Shown here piece after piece: positions 28,483-42,839 of a stretch of DNA of 64,000 nucleotides; position 1 is the stretch's first letter; each line of letters starts with the position of its first letter. Position numbers and translations under genes: made by a program. The DNA lies in contig OZ024741.1 in NCBI GenBank assembly GCA_964016885.1, forward strand, positions 14,384,001-14,448,000, read 5' to 3'. This DNA comes from Eledone cirrhosa. Taxonomy: Eukaryota. Under the pieces are notes generated by a model. It saw only the letters and a program-made list of their open reading frames with translations. It did not search any database and had not been told where the DNA came from.

Positions 28483-29170
28483 TATTGAGCCCTCAGCCGC
28501 TCATTTCGAATATTGTTTATCGTGAACTCGTGCGCCGATTTTTCGATACTCGATCTTTCTAATATTTTTAGCTCTGGACATAGCTATCCACCAGTTAATA
28601 TTATTGCACATTTTTTGTCGATTCTATTGAGTGATGAATAGCTCTTGTTTTATTTTAACATGTCTATTGAGCACTCTTATTCGATATGTGTATTTCCACA
28701 TTTCCTCGAATAGTTTTCGCGGATGTAGAGGTTATCTCCCTTGTCGAAATCCATGTGCGTATTTCGCTTGTGGTTAGCCCCTTATCCGCTAGGAAAAAGC
28801 TCGTTGATGAAGTAAACTCCATTCCTCTTGCTCTAGTAGCCTTATATATTTATATGTGAGCTGATAGAGTACAGTCTAAGGATTTACAGAAACCCAAGAA
28901 GCTAGATTTAACACCTTTCTAGTGGGTCCGGGTATGATTTTACATTCATTTAAATTATTGATGTATTGTTTTATTGATATTTTTTATCTGTTTGTCCCGA
29001 ATCTTCTATTATCGATTTTTTATCGTATGGTTGATTGTAGACTTGTTCTATGTGTGACGGTATTTTAACGATAGTTATAGCTCTGATTCATCTGAATTAT
29101 TGAGCCCTCTGCCGCTCATTTCGAATATTGTTTATCGTGAACTCGTGCGCCGATTTTTCGATACTCGATC

Positions 29171-29180
<10 letters not shown>
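28483..29180. mobile_element. TA-embedded ~700-bp element with ~81-bp direct terminal repeats
   Basis: TATTGAGCCCTC.GCCGCTCATTTCGAATATTG..GATCTTTCTAATAT at 28483 and 29098. Confidence 0.65.
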
Positions 29181-29246
<66 letters not shown>

Positions 29247-29247
29247 G

Positions 29248-29278
<31 letters not shown>

Positions 29279-29279
<1 letters not shown>

Positions 29280-29541
29280 GAGAAAAAAAGATGAAATCGA
29301 AAATGCAACTGGAGTCTTATTTTTTTTTAAATATATATATTTATTTGGTTCCTTTACCGGTTTCGCAGTTATTCTGCTTTTCAAAAGTAGAGTTGAGATG
29401 GAGGGTCTGTGGTTTTTCTCACATCAGATGTGAGAAAGACTCCAGTTGCATTTTCGATTTCATCTTTTTTTCTTTATACTTTCACTCGTGTAGGACACCT
29501 CGGTTATTTTTCATTTTGTAAAAAAAAACTCACTTTCTAAT
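29279..29541 (+). mobile_element. Fold-back element, family F copy, with hammerhead-like motif on the inverted arm
   Basis: Minus 29351-29387: CTT-TTGAAAA-GCAG-AATAA-CTGC-GAAA-CCGG-TA-AAGG. Confidence 0.75.
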
Positions 29542-30780
29542 ATATATATATATATATATTTATATACAGATTTGTGTGTGAAAATATATATATACAAATA
29601 TGAATAAATTACAGATGATTATATTCATTTATACATTACACACACAGACACACACACACTCACACATACACACATATTCACACACACATACACACACTCA
29701 CATATATATTAGAAGAATATTATATTTCCTGCAATAATACGTTGATATTTCTCATCCCCTCTCTTTCGCACACACACATGCACACATACATATATACACA
29801 CATGCACACATACATATATACACACATGCACACATACATATATACACACATGCACACATACATATATACACACATGCACACATACATATATACACACATA
29901 CATTCATAAAAACTTATATATATAAATACATACATACATATATACATACATACATACATTCATAAATACATATATACATATATACATATATACATATATA
30001 CATGCATATATGCACACATACATATATACATACATGCACACATACATATATACATACATACATACATACACATATACATACATACATTCATAAATACATA
30101 TATACATACATATATACATGTGTATACATACATACATACATATATACAATACATGTGTATATACATGCATTCATACATACATACATGCATACATACATAC
30201 ATAAACAAACAAACATACATACATACATACATACATAGAAACATATATGCATACATACAAACATACATACATACAAACAAACAAACATACATACACACAT
30301 ACATACAAACAAACAAACATACATACACGCATACATACTGACACACATACATTTAAAATAGAAAAAAACTACAATAAAAGCAGAAGAGCCTCGTTCCCGT
30401 CTTTACGATCGTCTGGCGATTAATAGGTGCCTAATGGCTGATAATAATACGTTTGGTTGGCAGAGATCAAAGAGGAATCAGTCAGTAGGATTAGCAATAT
30501 GTAAAATATTCAATAAGCTATATAGTAATTTGCTTGCTACCATTTCTATAGACTGGGCTATTGCTGGTTACCTCCCCTACATGCTCTCTATTGAAATCTC
30601 GACAACTATATCTAATCATTGGTCGACGGCTTGTAGTGGCTGGGTGGCGTGTGGGAGGTAGGATAGGGTGGGTGGGGGATAGAGGTGGTAGGATGGGGTG
30701 GCGTGGGGGAGGTAGGATAGGGAGGTATGGGTCGGGAGAGGGGATCGGTCTAATATTTGTTTTTTTGGGGGAATTTTTTT

Positions 30781-31500
30781 GGTGGTTGTTGTTGTTATTA
30801 TTGGTGTTGTTGTTGCAGTTGTTGTTGTTGTTGCTGTTGTTGTTATTGGTGTTGTTGTAGTTATTGGTGTTGTTGTAGTTATTATTGGTGATGTTGTTGT
30901 TATTGGTGTTGTTGTTGCAGTTGTTATTGTTGTTGTTGTTGTTGTTGTTATTGGTGTTGTTCTTGTTATTGGTGTTGTTGTAGTTGTTATTGGTGTTGTT
31001 GTTGCAGTTGTTATTGCTGTTGTTGTTGTTGTTATTGGTGTTGTTGTTGTTATTGGTGTTGTTGTTGTTATTGGTGTTGTAATTGTTATTGGTGTTACAG
31101 TTGTTATTGGTGATGTTGTTGTGGTTATTGGTGTTATTGCAGTTGTTGCCGGTGTTGTTGCAGTTGTTGTTGGTGTTGTTGTTGTTGTTATTGGTGTTGT
31201 TGTTATTGATGTTGTTGCTGTTGTTATTGGTGTTGTTGTAGTTGGTGTTGTTGTAGTTGTAGTTGTTATTGGTGTTGTTTTTATAGGTGTTGTTGTTATT
31301 GTTGTTGTTACAGTTGTTATAGGGTGTTATTGTTGTTGTTATTGGTGTTGTTGCAGTTGTTATTGGTGTTGTTGCAGTTGTTATTGGTGTTGTTGCAGTT
31401 GTTATTGGTGCTGTTATTGTTGTTGTTACAGTTGTTATAGGGTGTTATTGTTGTTGTTATTGGTGTTGTTGCAGTTGTTATTGGTGCTGTTATTGTAGAT
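30781..31500. repeat. (GTT)n-derived compound repeat
   Basis: GTTGTTATTGGTGTTGTT(GCA) units. Confidence 0.9.
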
Positions 31501-31989
31501 ATGATGGTTGTCGTTGTTGTTGTAGCAACGGTATATGTCCTTCATGGGATTGTCGCGTTTGGTATTTTTTTTTAATAGTTACTGTCTTTGATGATGAAGA
31601 TGGTGATGACGATGATGATGATGACGATGATGACGATGATGACGATGATGATGATAACGATGATGACGATGATGATGATATTTTTGTTGTAGCTATAGTG
31701 GTCGGTATACATTCAATGTTGTGAATATTGTATGTACTGAGATCTGTAATATATAAATAGTAGTAGCAGTAGTTCTACTACTACTACTAGTAGTAGTAGT
31801 AGTATAGTAGTAGTATAGTAGTAGTATAGTAGTAGTAGTAGCAGCAGCAGTAGCAGCAGCAGCATATGAATAGCATTAATAGCTGTTCCTTTATAACGGA
31901 ATGCCAATAACAATATATATATGCACATATATAAAACACGCACACACACACATATATATATATATACATAGTAAGAGAGAGAGAGAGTG

Positions 31990-32047
<58 letters not shown>

Positions 32048-32132
32048 AAATTTCGCTCTACATGGCTGAATACAATAAATTTTCGAATATTAGTAAAAAC
32101 ATTTGATTCGTTTGCAATTATGCAAGCAAGGC

Positions 32133-32494
32133 TCAATTTTATAGCCATGTCAATAGAATGAACACTTCATTCTTGCTCTTGTGTTGGCATGTGGACAGAA
32201 CTGCAGACACTAATGTTTCTGGGTACCACCCTTCATCAGTACAGCTCACTGTTCACCTGCCAAACTGTTAGAACTGATCAGTCAGATCTGCTAATATGCA
32301 AATCAGGCCGATCACACACTGTGTATTTTTGACAATAGCATATATTTTCACTAGCTTTGACAGTTTGGCAGGTGAACAGTGAGCTGTACTGATGAAGGGT
32401 GATAACTAGAAACATTAGTATCTACAATTCTGTTCACATGCCAACACAAGAGCAAGAATGAAGGGTTCATTCTACTGACATGGCTATAAAATTG
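32133..32494. mobile_element. Fold-back element (~135-bp arms, diverged) with a hammerhead on both arms
   Basis: 32133-32270 is the reverse complement of 32358-32494. Confidence 0.85.
32201..32244 (-). ncRNA. Type-I hammerhead ribozyme (compact, canonical GUC)
   Basis: Minus strand: CTGTA-CTGATGA-A-GGGT-GGT-ACCC-A-GAAA-CA-TTAG-TG-TC-TGCAG. Confidence 0.75.
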
Positions 32495-32661
32495 ACTTTA
32501 TTAATATTCGAAAAACTCATTTATTATATATAAGGTTAAAATTATTGAAAGAATTAATTGACCCGCGTGCATATTATTTTATTCTCTTATGTTTGCGATG
32601 ACCTCCCCTTTCCGCTTGATGACAGTGTGAAATTTCTCATTCTGAGACTGCTGGAATTTCA

Positions 32662-33049
32662 AATTTGGCGGTCATTCTGACACGGAAGGGCACCATCGCT
32701 GAACATTAGATACCGGTAAGAAATTTTTTTTATATCGATGTTTGACGGGCATCCACTGATGATTTATAAGTGCCCACCTGCATATATTCCTACGGACTAT
32801 GAGTAGGCTTCTACATAACCTGGACATATTTTCCCAATTTGTAGAAATCTTATAATGAAACAATTGTTTGGAAAGGGAGATGTATTTTAATTATGTCTCA
32901 TATAAAATAATACAACTGGCTATCCGCAAAATACATATTGTTAGCACCCCAAACGTAAAATTGGGATTATACTAAGGTATATCCTAATGTTTGTTGAGTG
33001 AGACGGAAGCCGGTCGGAGTATTGCTTAAAGCTTTCTCTGTTATTGTAT

Positions 33050-33055
<6 letters not shown>
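32662..33055. repeat. Unclassified dispersed repeat next to (TA)n
   Basis: Reverse-complement copy at 42840-43238. Confidence 0.8.
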
Positions 33056-33082
<27 letters not shown>

Positions 33083-33084
<2 letters not shown>

Positions 33085-33430
33085 CACCGGCCAGAGTTAC
33101 CCCCCTTGACCTGCTGCAAAATCAAAACAAGATATTTTTGCGAGCAATGAACCTTGGTGTGGATTTAACCCCCAAAACTCTTTCCGAGCAATATAAGGAA
33201 CACTTGTGATTATTTATGCCCTTGAGAAGCCCAACTGGGCGAAACGTACGTAGGTGCTGTTTTAAATAAACATGTTTTAACGGTCTATTCTCCGATTTTT
33301 TACTTTCCCACGTGCTTACGCTCTGCTAACTCTCTAGCCCACTAAATATTAACACTTTGAATATTTAATACTGCCGGCACTAGTATCGAGCACCTTTGGC
33401 ATACGCTACTTGGCAAATAACTATATGTAT
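33083..33430 (+). mobile_element. TA-flanked PLE-like end with hammerhead-like motif and tail
   Basis: 33217-33256: GCC-CTTGAGA-A-GCCC-AACT-GGGC-GAAA-CGTACG-TA-GGT; AATAAA; tail CGCTCTGC..TCGAGCACCT. Confidence 0.65.
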
Positions 33431-33472
33431 CACCTATCCTCCCCTTTTTTTCTCTTTCTCGATACGTAAATA

Positions 33473-33592
<120 letters not shown>

Positions 33593-33817
33593 TATCGATA
33601 GATGTGTACGAACATGGTTGTGTATTTTGTCACAAACATATTTAATGTTTATATATATGTGTACATGTATGTATTTATGTGTGTGTGTGTGTATGTATGT
33701 ATGAATGTATGCATGTATGTATGTATGTGGGAGTTTATGCATGCATGTATGTATGTATTTATGCATGTATATATGTATGTGTATGTATATATGTTTATAT
33801 ATATATATGTATATATA

Positions 33818-34177
33818 AACTCTGATATAACACCTGCAACTCTGATGGAATCCAATGATGTTGACTTGTTCTTCTTTTTGGTAAATATCATCTTGGTTAA
33901 GAGAGTGGGGCTGGCTCTGTGCAGTGCCTTTGCTCACTATAAAAGCTTCACGGCACAGGCATTGCTTTATATCTGGAGATCTCTCTGCACTTGTCGTCAC
34001 ATGGTACCATGGGCCCAGCACTATGTGTCTATAATTGTCACAAGTGTAGTGTTTGTACCAGAGTTTTCAAGTCGCTGGCTGGACTAAAAAGTCACACTCG
34101 TTCAGCGCATCGGTAGGGGTTCTCCTACATGGATGTAAAGTAGTGGCCGTACTCGAAAACGAGTTGGCAGCCACCAT
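33818..34177 (+). mobile_element. Family I copy (5'-truncated)
   Basis: Same 3' end GGCAGCCACCAT. Confidence 0.75.
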
Positions 34178-34427
34178 ATGTATATATGTTTATAAATTTA
34201 GATTCTACACAGAAGTGTAGGCTCATATAGAACAATTCCTCTCATAGATAAAGGCATGAATTGCAGACAATTTAATGAAATAACTTTTAACATTCAATAA
34301 CCTCTTAGCATAGATAACTCCCATGATAAACAAGAAAGCAAATGGGAAAAAATATGAAAGCAAATGGGCCAGGTGATGTTATGAGCTAACTCTACACACC
34401 TTGTCAGGTGATATTATCTAAGCTGTG

Positions 34428-34615
34428 GCGGTGGATTGGCAGTATCTGTAGAGGGTTGGACGCCATGCTTTGTAACATAGAGTTACGTCCCTTTATGGTC
34501 TGAGTTCAAATCCCGCCGAGGTTAACTTTGCTTTCACCCTTACGGGGTCGATAAAATAAAGTACCAGTGGTACACTGGGATAATTGCTGGCCTTGTGCTA
34601 AAAGTAGAAACAATT
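34428..34615 (+). mobile_element. SINE S1, full length
   Basis: GGCGGTGGATTGGCAGTATC..GAGTTCAAATCCCGCC..AAAGTAGAAACAATT. Confidence 0.9.
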
Positions 34616-34947
34616 ATTTAAGCTGCGTCGGGTGAGCAACATGGTTAAAACACTGCCACAATCATCAACCATCGACACCCACCACATCAGCCAATCTACC
34701 GCATGGGGTTCCCTTTTCAGGAGGTATGGACCCCTTCCAAATTTGTGAAGGCAAACCGGGAGTTAGGGAACGAGGATACCTGATCCCACCGGATATCTCG
34801 ACGGTGTCTGACACGGAATGGAAGAAGTCGGTAAACAATAAAATGTTTCACACTGTTATCGCAACCATCAACATATAAACATGATTTAAAACCATTGCCT
34901 GTAGAATGAAATATATGGAAACAACTCTTTGTTGGAATGTGATTGAA

Positions 34948-35186
<239 letters not shown>

Positions 35187-35824
35187 AATTAGTCAATTAT
35201 CAAAGTTGTGTTGAAATCATTTAATAGCTGACAATCGTTTCTTCCAAATTTTCGTTTGGAGTCATCGGAGCATTATCAATGTTTGTACATATAATTAACC
35301 TCCTATTCAACTGAACAACAATCATATAGATACATATATATTGATGTTGTGAGCAACAGTTTCGTATTTATAGGGTGTACTGCATATATATATATATATA
35401 ACAACTATAAATTGATTAACATATAAATAAACATATGAAACAATCACAGGGGATAATTTTTACAAGTGTGTAAGCACACTTAGCTAGGTAGGTAACTAAA
35501 TAAAGTTAACTAGAACTTCAAAAATAGATACCTTATAATATGATTAATCTTCCCTGTATATATTCCATTAAAGAAATATATTTCACCAATTAATCGAATG
35601 GTAAACCACGGAGGCCGATACTTGGATTTTCAACAAGGAAGAAGTCCAGCGATCTATGTATACGCATTAAGTTCAAATCAGCGACTGGCCAGTATCACGT
35701 GCTGTATCTACTAAAAATACACACATCATACCAGCTTCGTCCCAGTGGCGTGAATAGGGTTATCGACAACTAGAAACAGCAGTCTTTATATATATACAGA
35801 TATATATATTTATACATATACATT

Positions 35825-36075
35825 CTTTTACTTTCTTATGTGTTTCATCCGACTGGCTGAGGCGAAGCTGGAGCACCACCATTAACACAACACAATCTAT
35901 AGCCAGCCTTCCTTGGTTGGCTATTGCTATAAAAGTGAGGTGATGGAGCCGAACTTATTTGTGGGTTCAACTGGTATCTTCGGTAACGGAATGTCAAGAT
36001 ATTTCTTAAAGATATCTATGTGAGCATCATGCAGATCTTTCCGATAGCTTATTAGAAAGTCAGGTGCCTTGGAAC
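35825..36075 (-). mobile_element. CR1/Jockey-group LINE 3' end
   Basis: RKDLHDAHIDIFKKYLDIPLPKIPVEPT (cf. FK..LD.FL..IPDEP); 3' UTR GGTGGTGCTCCAGC..GAAAC..AAGTAAAAG. Confidence 0.65.
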
Positions 36076-36084
36076 CCCTGGTAA

Positions 36085-36339
36085 TGACAGAATCATTACC
36101 ACAGCAGAGGTTCGATGAGCTTTTGATTCCAGAGTCAGGATAGATCGATACAGATCGAACCTTGAGCTGACCAATAGTGAAACGCGCGTCACCAATTAAG
36201 AAACGTAATGAAGACATAACAAATCGTCGTATTATTATATTACACTCTGTTTAGCTCTATACCTCAGTTTAGAGCTGAACCTAAACATTGAGTGCTCATC
36301 TGGGTGAACCTACAGTAACTTCATGTTACACTCCCTGGA
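36085..36339 (+). mobile_element. Family A copy (hammerhead region plus tail)
   Basis: CGATGAG..CAGAGTCAGG..GAGCTGA..GAAACGCGCGTCACC; tail to CTCCCTGGA(TA)n. Confidence 0.8.
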
Positions 36340-36351
36340 TATATATATATG

Positions 36352-36856
36352 GTAGGTGAAAGGGAACGGAACGCGAGTGTTGGGAGGGTGGGCTGAGGTC
36401 TGTTTCACGGGCGCGGGTGAGAGCAGCTTGGATCAGGGTGGGGGATATCCACGCTGGATGAAGCAGGAAGCCATGCGAAGGGAATGGGTTTCGAAATCGT
36501 CGTCCTGGCTACAGAGTCGACGAAGAGGGAGGAATTGGGAATAGGGTATGGAGTGTTTGGTGTGGGTTGGATGGGAGGAGGTGAAGTCGAGGTAAAATTG
36601 GGAGTCTGTTGGTTTAATGAAGATGGAAGTAGAGAGGGTGTGGTGAGAGTGATTAATAGATAGAGAGATATCTAGAAATGCGACAGGAGAATCGGAGACG
36701 GAGGCAGTGAAATTGAGAGCAGGATGGAAAGATTGGACAAAAGAAAGAAAACAGTCGAGCTGTTCTCGTGATAGAGAGGTGACGCCGATACAGTCGTCGA
36801 TATAACGACCGTATAGCTCAGGAGTCGGTCTTCTTGTTAGCTTCGTACGGACGTAT

Positions 36857-36858
<2 letters not shown>
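36352..36858 (-). mobile_element. Penelope-like element reverse transcriptase fragment (Neptune-like)
   Basis: YGRYIDDCI, FHPALNFT, AFLDISL, IFIKPTDSQFYLDFTSSHP, SIPYSQFL.LRRLCS, F.QRGYP: RT core plus PLE thumb motifs. Confidence 0.93.
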
Positions 36859-36907
<49 letters not shown>

Positions 36908-36914
36908 TGCTTAC

Positions 36915-37254
36915 GCACGTGCACAAGTATAGCTCTTTTTACAAAAAGTTTTTTTTTTCCATTTCAGGTAGACGCACTCCATCCACTTTTCTAAAATATA
37001 AATCCTACACAAAACACCAGCACCAACAGTTTTGGAAGAGATGTCAACATGAATGGACCTGTTATTTTTATCTAAAGGCATTTTTACCAATTCCATCCCG
37101 CCCGTCCCCTCAATCTATCTTATTTCTCATTCTTTTTTCTGATGAAGGACTAGCCTCCAAAACGTTAAGACCCTCTTCCTGCTATATCAAGCGTTAACCT
37201 AATATATACCTTCCATATACTGTACCAATTGTGTTGTTATTTCTGTTTACCTTT

Positions 37255-37262
<8 letters not shown>
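36915..37262 (+). mobile_element. PLE pLTR-like end, family B, with minimal hammerhead
   Basis: 37135-37170 CTGATGA-A-GGACTAGCCTCC-AAAA-CGT-TA-AGA; tail TTCTGTTTACCTTTTACA also at 4321-4368, 4918 and 57522. Confidence 0.75.
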
Positions 37263-37325
<63 letters not shown>

Positions 37326-37331
<6 letters not shown>

Positions 37332-37845
37332 ATGCTTTGGGAGGGTCATGTTGCCAGTAAGAAACACACGCACCAGTTGCTTTCACTCCAATTTATTATA
37401 AATTAAATTTATAAATTTAAGAATTTATAAATTTCCGGTTGGTTGGTTGGTTCCATAACCGGACGGTTGTTCATATATTGTCAAATTTCTTTCGTTACAC
37501 ATTCTGTGACCTCTTCAGTGACTGGGGATTATTTTCTTTGTTTTGTGCCTCTCTTTTGTTCTGTCCTACGCCATCTTGTTTTTTCAAGATGGCGTAGGAC
37601 AGAACAAAGGACGAAAGAACTTTGACGATATATGAACAACCGTCCGTTTGTGGAACCAACCAACCAACCGGAAATTTATAAATTCTTAAATTTATAAATT
37701 TGATTTATAATAAATTGGAGTGAAAGCAACTGGTGCGTGTGTTTCTTACTGGCAACATGACCCTCCCAAAGTATAACAATATCGGTTTAAACACACGTTT
37801 TCAGATAAAGAATCTTGCTAAACAAATTCAGAAACGAAATATATA
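37326..37845 (+). mobile_element. Fold-back element (~170-bp arms plus inner hairpin), hammerhead on inverted arm
   Basis: 37326-37495 is the reverse complement of 37611-37781; minus 37480-37522: GTCA-CTGAAGA-GGTCACA-GAA-TGTGTAAC-GAAA-GAAAT-TT-GAC. Confidence 0.8.
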
Positions 37846-37912
37846 TATATATAAATGAAGTAATTCCGTCGGAAAATACATATATATATATATACATATA
37901 TATATATCTGCA

Positions 37913-37943
<31 letters not shown>

Positions 37944-37947
37944 GTAC

Positions 37948-37984
<37 letters not shown>

Positions 37985-38194
37985 TATACGTGTGTGTGTG
38001 TATATATATATGTGTGTGAGTGGCCCCGGGCCCTGGAAACTTCTGCTCACACATATGCAGCAATAATAAAAAATGAGTCTCTCCCATTAAGGCAGCTCAG
38101 AACGTTTTCATCCCAAGTAATATCATTGAAAAACAAAAATACACACATGTCAACATACATGGATAAATATACACACATGTGCCTCTCTCTCTCG

Positions 38195-38243
<49 letters not shown>

Positions 38244-38472
38244 CATATATATATGTGTGTGTGTGTGTGTATAAATATACATATATATACATACATATAT
38301 ATATATATATACAGAGGGTGTGGTAAGAAATCAGGTGGACCTTAACGCACCAAAGTACTCAATACTTAGGGTAGTAGAGTGGGTAATAGGAAAAGAGTCA
38401 TGACCCCGACGGCTGAGCTCCGGCCGTGCGAGAGCTAGATCCGAACTATGCCAGGCTCTTTTCCCATTACAG

Positions 38473-38535
<63 letters not shown>

Positions 38536-38538
<3 letters not shown>

Positions 38539-38793
38539 AGGGAGTGTAACGCGGAGTTACTGTAGGTTCACCCCGGTGAGCACCAATCAAAACAACTTAA
38601 ACTGACCAACATATGTACGTTAGACATTTTTGTACGCCCTGTGTCATTGCTACGACAGAGGTGTGACGAGCCGTGGATTACAGAGTCGGACTACATCGAT
38701 ATAGACCGAACCGTGAGCTGAACGGTGGCGAAACGCGCGTCACCAACCAATAAACGTAGTGAAGGAGTAACCACTCGTCCTTGTATTGTTATT
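38536..38793 (+). mobile_element. Family A copy: inverted tail followed by hammerhead region
   Basis: 38536-38585 is the reverse complement of the family A tail; GGT-GTGACGA-GCCGT..GTGGC-GAAA-CGCGCG-TC-ACC at 38660-38744. Confidence 0.8.
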
Positions 38794-38814
38794 ACACACA
38801 CAGACACACACACA

Positions 38815-38898
38815 CACTACTACAACAACAACTATATACTACTACTACTACTACAACAACTATATACTACTACTACTACTACTACTACAACAACTATA

Positions 38899-38950
<52 letters not shown>

Positions 38951-38951
38951 G

Positions 38952-38985
<34 letters not shown>

Positions 38986-39067
38986 CACTACTACTACTTC
39001 TACTACTACTACAACAACAACTATATACTACTACTACTACCACCACTACTACTACTACTACTAATAA

Positions 39068-39101
<34 letters not shown>

Positions 39102-39102
39102 G

Positions 39103-39149
<47 letters not shown>

Positions 39150-39150
39150 G

Positions 39151-39184
<34 letters not shown>

Positions 39185-39251
39185 CACTACTACTACTTCT
39201 ACTACTACTACAACAACAACTATATACTACTACTACTACCACCACTACTAC

Positions 39252-39300
<49 letters not shown>

Positions 39301-39304
39301 GCTG

Positions 39305-39354
<50 letters not shown>

Positions 39355-39445
39355 GCTACTACTACTACTACTACTGCTACTACTACTACTACTACTACTA
39401 CTACTATACTACTACTACAACCACTACTACTACTGCTACTACTGC
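38815..39445. repeat. (CTA)n microsatellite with higher-order duplications
   Basis: Direct reading. Confidence 0.95.
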
Positions 39446-39739
39446 CAATAATGATGAACAACAATATCAACAACAACTAAAATAATGTAATTAAAATATA
39501 CCAAACAAAACATAATTAAAATCTAATACTTTCACTTCGTCCAGGGACACCATTTCTCCCCTTTTTCCTTTCCTCCTGCCTTTCCACCCCCTCCACCCCT
39601 CGTCCCTTTTACTCCTTCCTCTGATTTACGTCCCCCCCCCTACACATACTATGTGTTTAAAAAAAAGAAAAATTACATAACTTTAGCTCTCACTCATATA
39701 AAACGGTAAAGACCAAAACAGAGGTCTTTTACGGTAAAA

Positions 39740-40008
39740 TAACAACAGCAACAACAACAACAGCAACAACGACAACAGCAACAACACCAGCAACAACAAC
39801 AACAACAATAACTACAACAACAACAACAGCAACAACAACAACATCAATACAACAACAGCAACAACAACACCAGCAACAACAATAACAGCAACAACAACAA
39901 CATCAATAACAACAACAGCAACAACAACATCAATAACAACAACAACAACAGCAACAACATCAACAACATCAATAACAACAACTACAACAACAGCAACAAC
40001 AACAACAA
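39740..40008. repeat. (CAA)n microsatellite
   Basis: Direct reading. Confidence 0.95.
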
Positions 40009-40120
40009 GGCGGGGAAAACGTCACGATGGCACATCTCCGGTTATTCGGAGTCAGCGGAGCGTGTTCGATTCAAATGAAAGATCGTTAATCTTCATATTT
40101 TTGTGAACAAAACATCAAAA

Positions 40121-40162
<42 letters not shown>

Positions 40163-40225
40163 TATATAGACATCTGTATGTGTGTATATATATATATATT
40201 TTTTTTTTATATATATATATATATA

Positions 40226-40287
<62 letters not shown>

Positions 40288-41152
40288 TATATATATACAT
40301 ATATATATACATATATATATGTATGTATATATATATATATATGTTTGTCTGTATATATATATATATATATAAATATAAATATAAATTCAGCGAGATATAT
40401 ATATACACACAGATATATATGTTTGTGGATATGTGTATGTATTTAATACTTTCACTTATTTCTTCTTCTTCCTATTTCTCTATTTCTTTATGTATTTATT
40501 AATTCGTTTTATTCGTTTTATTCTTTCTCACTTTATTTCATTTGATTTTCTTTCTTTGTGAAACCAGATTAACGAAAATAACTAGAATAATCTATGCAAT
40601 TCTTTTTTTATTTGTGGTGGGTTGTCTGTCGTCTGCGTTTGCAAGCGATGCAGCAGACATCTTGTTTTTTCTATGATTCAGTCATTTATTTTCGCTGGCT
40701 ATGGCAGTTATTCCCTGGCACCACAAACACGCCATATAGCTCGACATTTTTCACATTTGTTCTCTTTATATTTAGTTTCTTTGATAATATTTTTGTTTCC
40801 TATATATATGTATATATATATATACATATTTTTATATATTTCGCTATATATATATACATATATTTATTATATTCATTCGTGTCTTTTTGTTTGCCTTCTA
40901 CTTTCTACTTTTTGTATTTTGTTTTTAATTTTTTTCGATATATTCTTAAAATGTTCTGATCATTTCATCGATCTCTTCAGCTATTTTTCTACTTTTTATA
41001 AATACATGTGTGAATGTGTATGTTTATTTGTATGTACATATGTATATAGGCTTTTATAACTATACGTACTTGCATATGTACACACATATGTGTGTATGTG
41101 TGTATGTCTGTACATACGTCTGTGTGTGTTTCATATTGTTGCTTACAAACAT

Positions 41153-41283
<131 letters not shown>

Positions 41284-41338
41284 TGAGAGAGAGAGAGAAA
41301 GAGAGAGGGAGAGAGAGAGAGAGAGAGAGAGAGTGAGA

Positions 41339-41388
<50 letters not shown>

Positions 41389-42153
41389 TAGATAGATAGA
41401 AAGTGGTTTTAGTCAAAACAGTTAATGGTGTCATGTCGCCTCAATATAGATTTGTACTAAACTTACTAGACGTTGGATGAATGGAAACCATCAAATTGTG
41501 AGATGTTATCCAATAAATGAGACGACTACTATTGTAATAAATAGTGTGAATTAACTAAAGGATATATCTTGCCATTCCTATAATATAGAGCCACTTTGAT
41601 ACATTGTAGAAAGTCTACATATCGGTTAAAATGGATTTTAACTCAAATGGCTTTTGAAAGAATTCGATCCGCTCTGCCGAAGTAAGTTTACGGTTATAAG
41701 ATAAAGAACCAGCGGACAAACTTGTGCTATTCTGAACTTATCTGAACTAGTTTGAACTAGTTTCATCTAGTATTTTGTTTACCAGGTCTACTCAGGCGCG
41801 ACCAATGTACCTGTTCGGATCCTCTTGCCAACCCTTATCTAACTTACCCTTCACTTGCCAACCCTAATCTAACTTACCCTTCAAACACAACGCAAAATCA
41901 ATTTCGCTCATCATTTTTCACAGAAGACTTTGGATTTTTTTTTTTCTGTTAAACTTCCCCATTCCATCGCTTAATCAAATGGATCTTATCTACGACTACA
42001 TATTTGTTCTTTTATTAAGACAAGAGAATGTGATTTGAGGAATATTTTGGTTGCTATTTCTAGCAGTTTGAGTGATTACATTGTCCAAGCTTTTATTTTT
42101 TTTAATTTAGCGAGTATTATGTATAAAATGTGTATATAAATGTAAACATTTAG

Positions 42154-42347
42154 TATGAGGTTCGGCTGAAAAGTTCATAAGCTGGACATTTCTTAGTCTG
42201 ACCAAGATACTTTCATGGAATGACCAAATAGGCTTATTTTTCAATATAGTCCTGGGAGAAATAGTTGAAATGAATGTATGCAAGATTTCACAGCTCTAGC
42301 ATCACTCGTTCATAGTCAGCCTTTGAACTTTTCATCCTACCCTAGTA
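42154..42347. mobile_element. Mariner-type MITE
   Basis: TA-TGAGGTTCGGCTGAAAAGTTCATAAGCTG ... CAGCCTTTGAACTTTTCATCCTACCCTAG-TA: inverted termini with TA duplication. Confidence 0.75.
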
Positions 42348-42439
42348 TCTAGAAATATATACCTACTACGGCTGGACTGTGTATATTCAAGTATATATTT
42401 ATTGTCACATCAGCAGAGTACAATGTAATATTCATTATA

Positions 42440-42605
42440 ATTAACTAGAGACACAAGCGCTAATAATGAGGGGCAGAGTCCTCGAACACATCTTCCAGCG
42501 AGTCCTGTTAGAAGCAACCCTCTCCAACTGATCCGGCTGGATCCCCAAGTCAGACCCCAGCCAAGCTCATAAATGTTATCCAACCATCTTGCTCTGGGTC
42601 TACAT
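42440..42605 (-). mobile_element. RTE LINE 3' end fragment
   Basis: CRPRARWLDNIYELGWG. Confidence 0.75.
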
Positions 42606-42839
42606 GTCAATCTGTAAATTTATAGACAGATTTATGCAATTAGTTCTGCACTGAATATACAAAGTGTTTGTATACTTCGTCTGCTTAACACACAATATAA
42701 TCATATTGCGCATGGGTAGTAATACATGATTCGGGTTTAAGAGTTCTATCTTGCCTCTCTTGCTTGCTGTTTTGTTTTGTTCTGTCTCTTTCCTCTCTAT
42801 TAATATATACATACATATTATATATATATATATATATAT

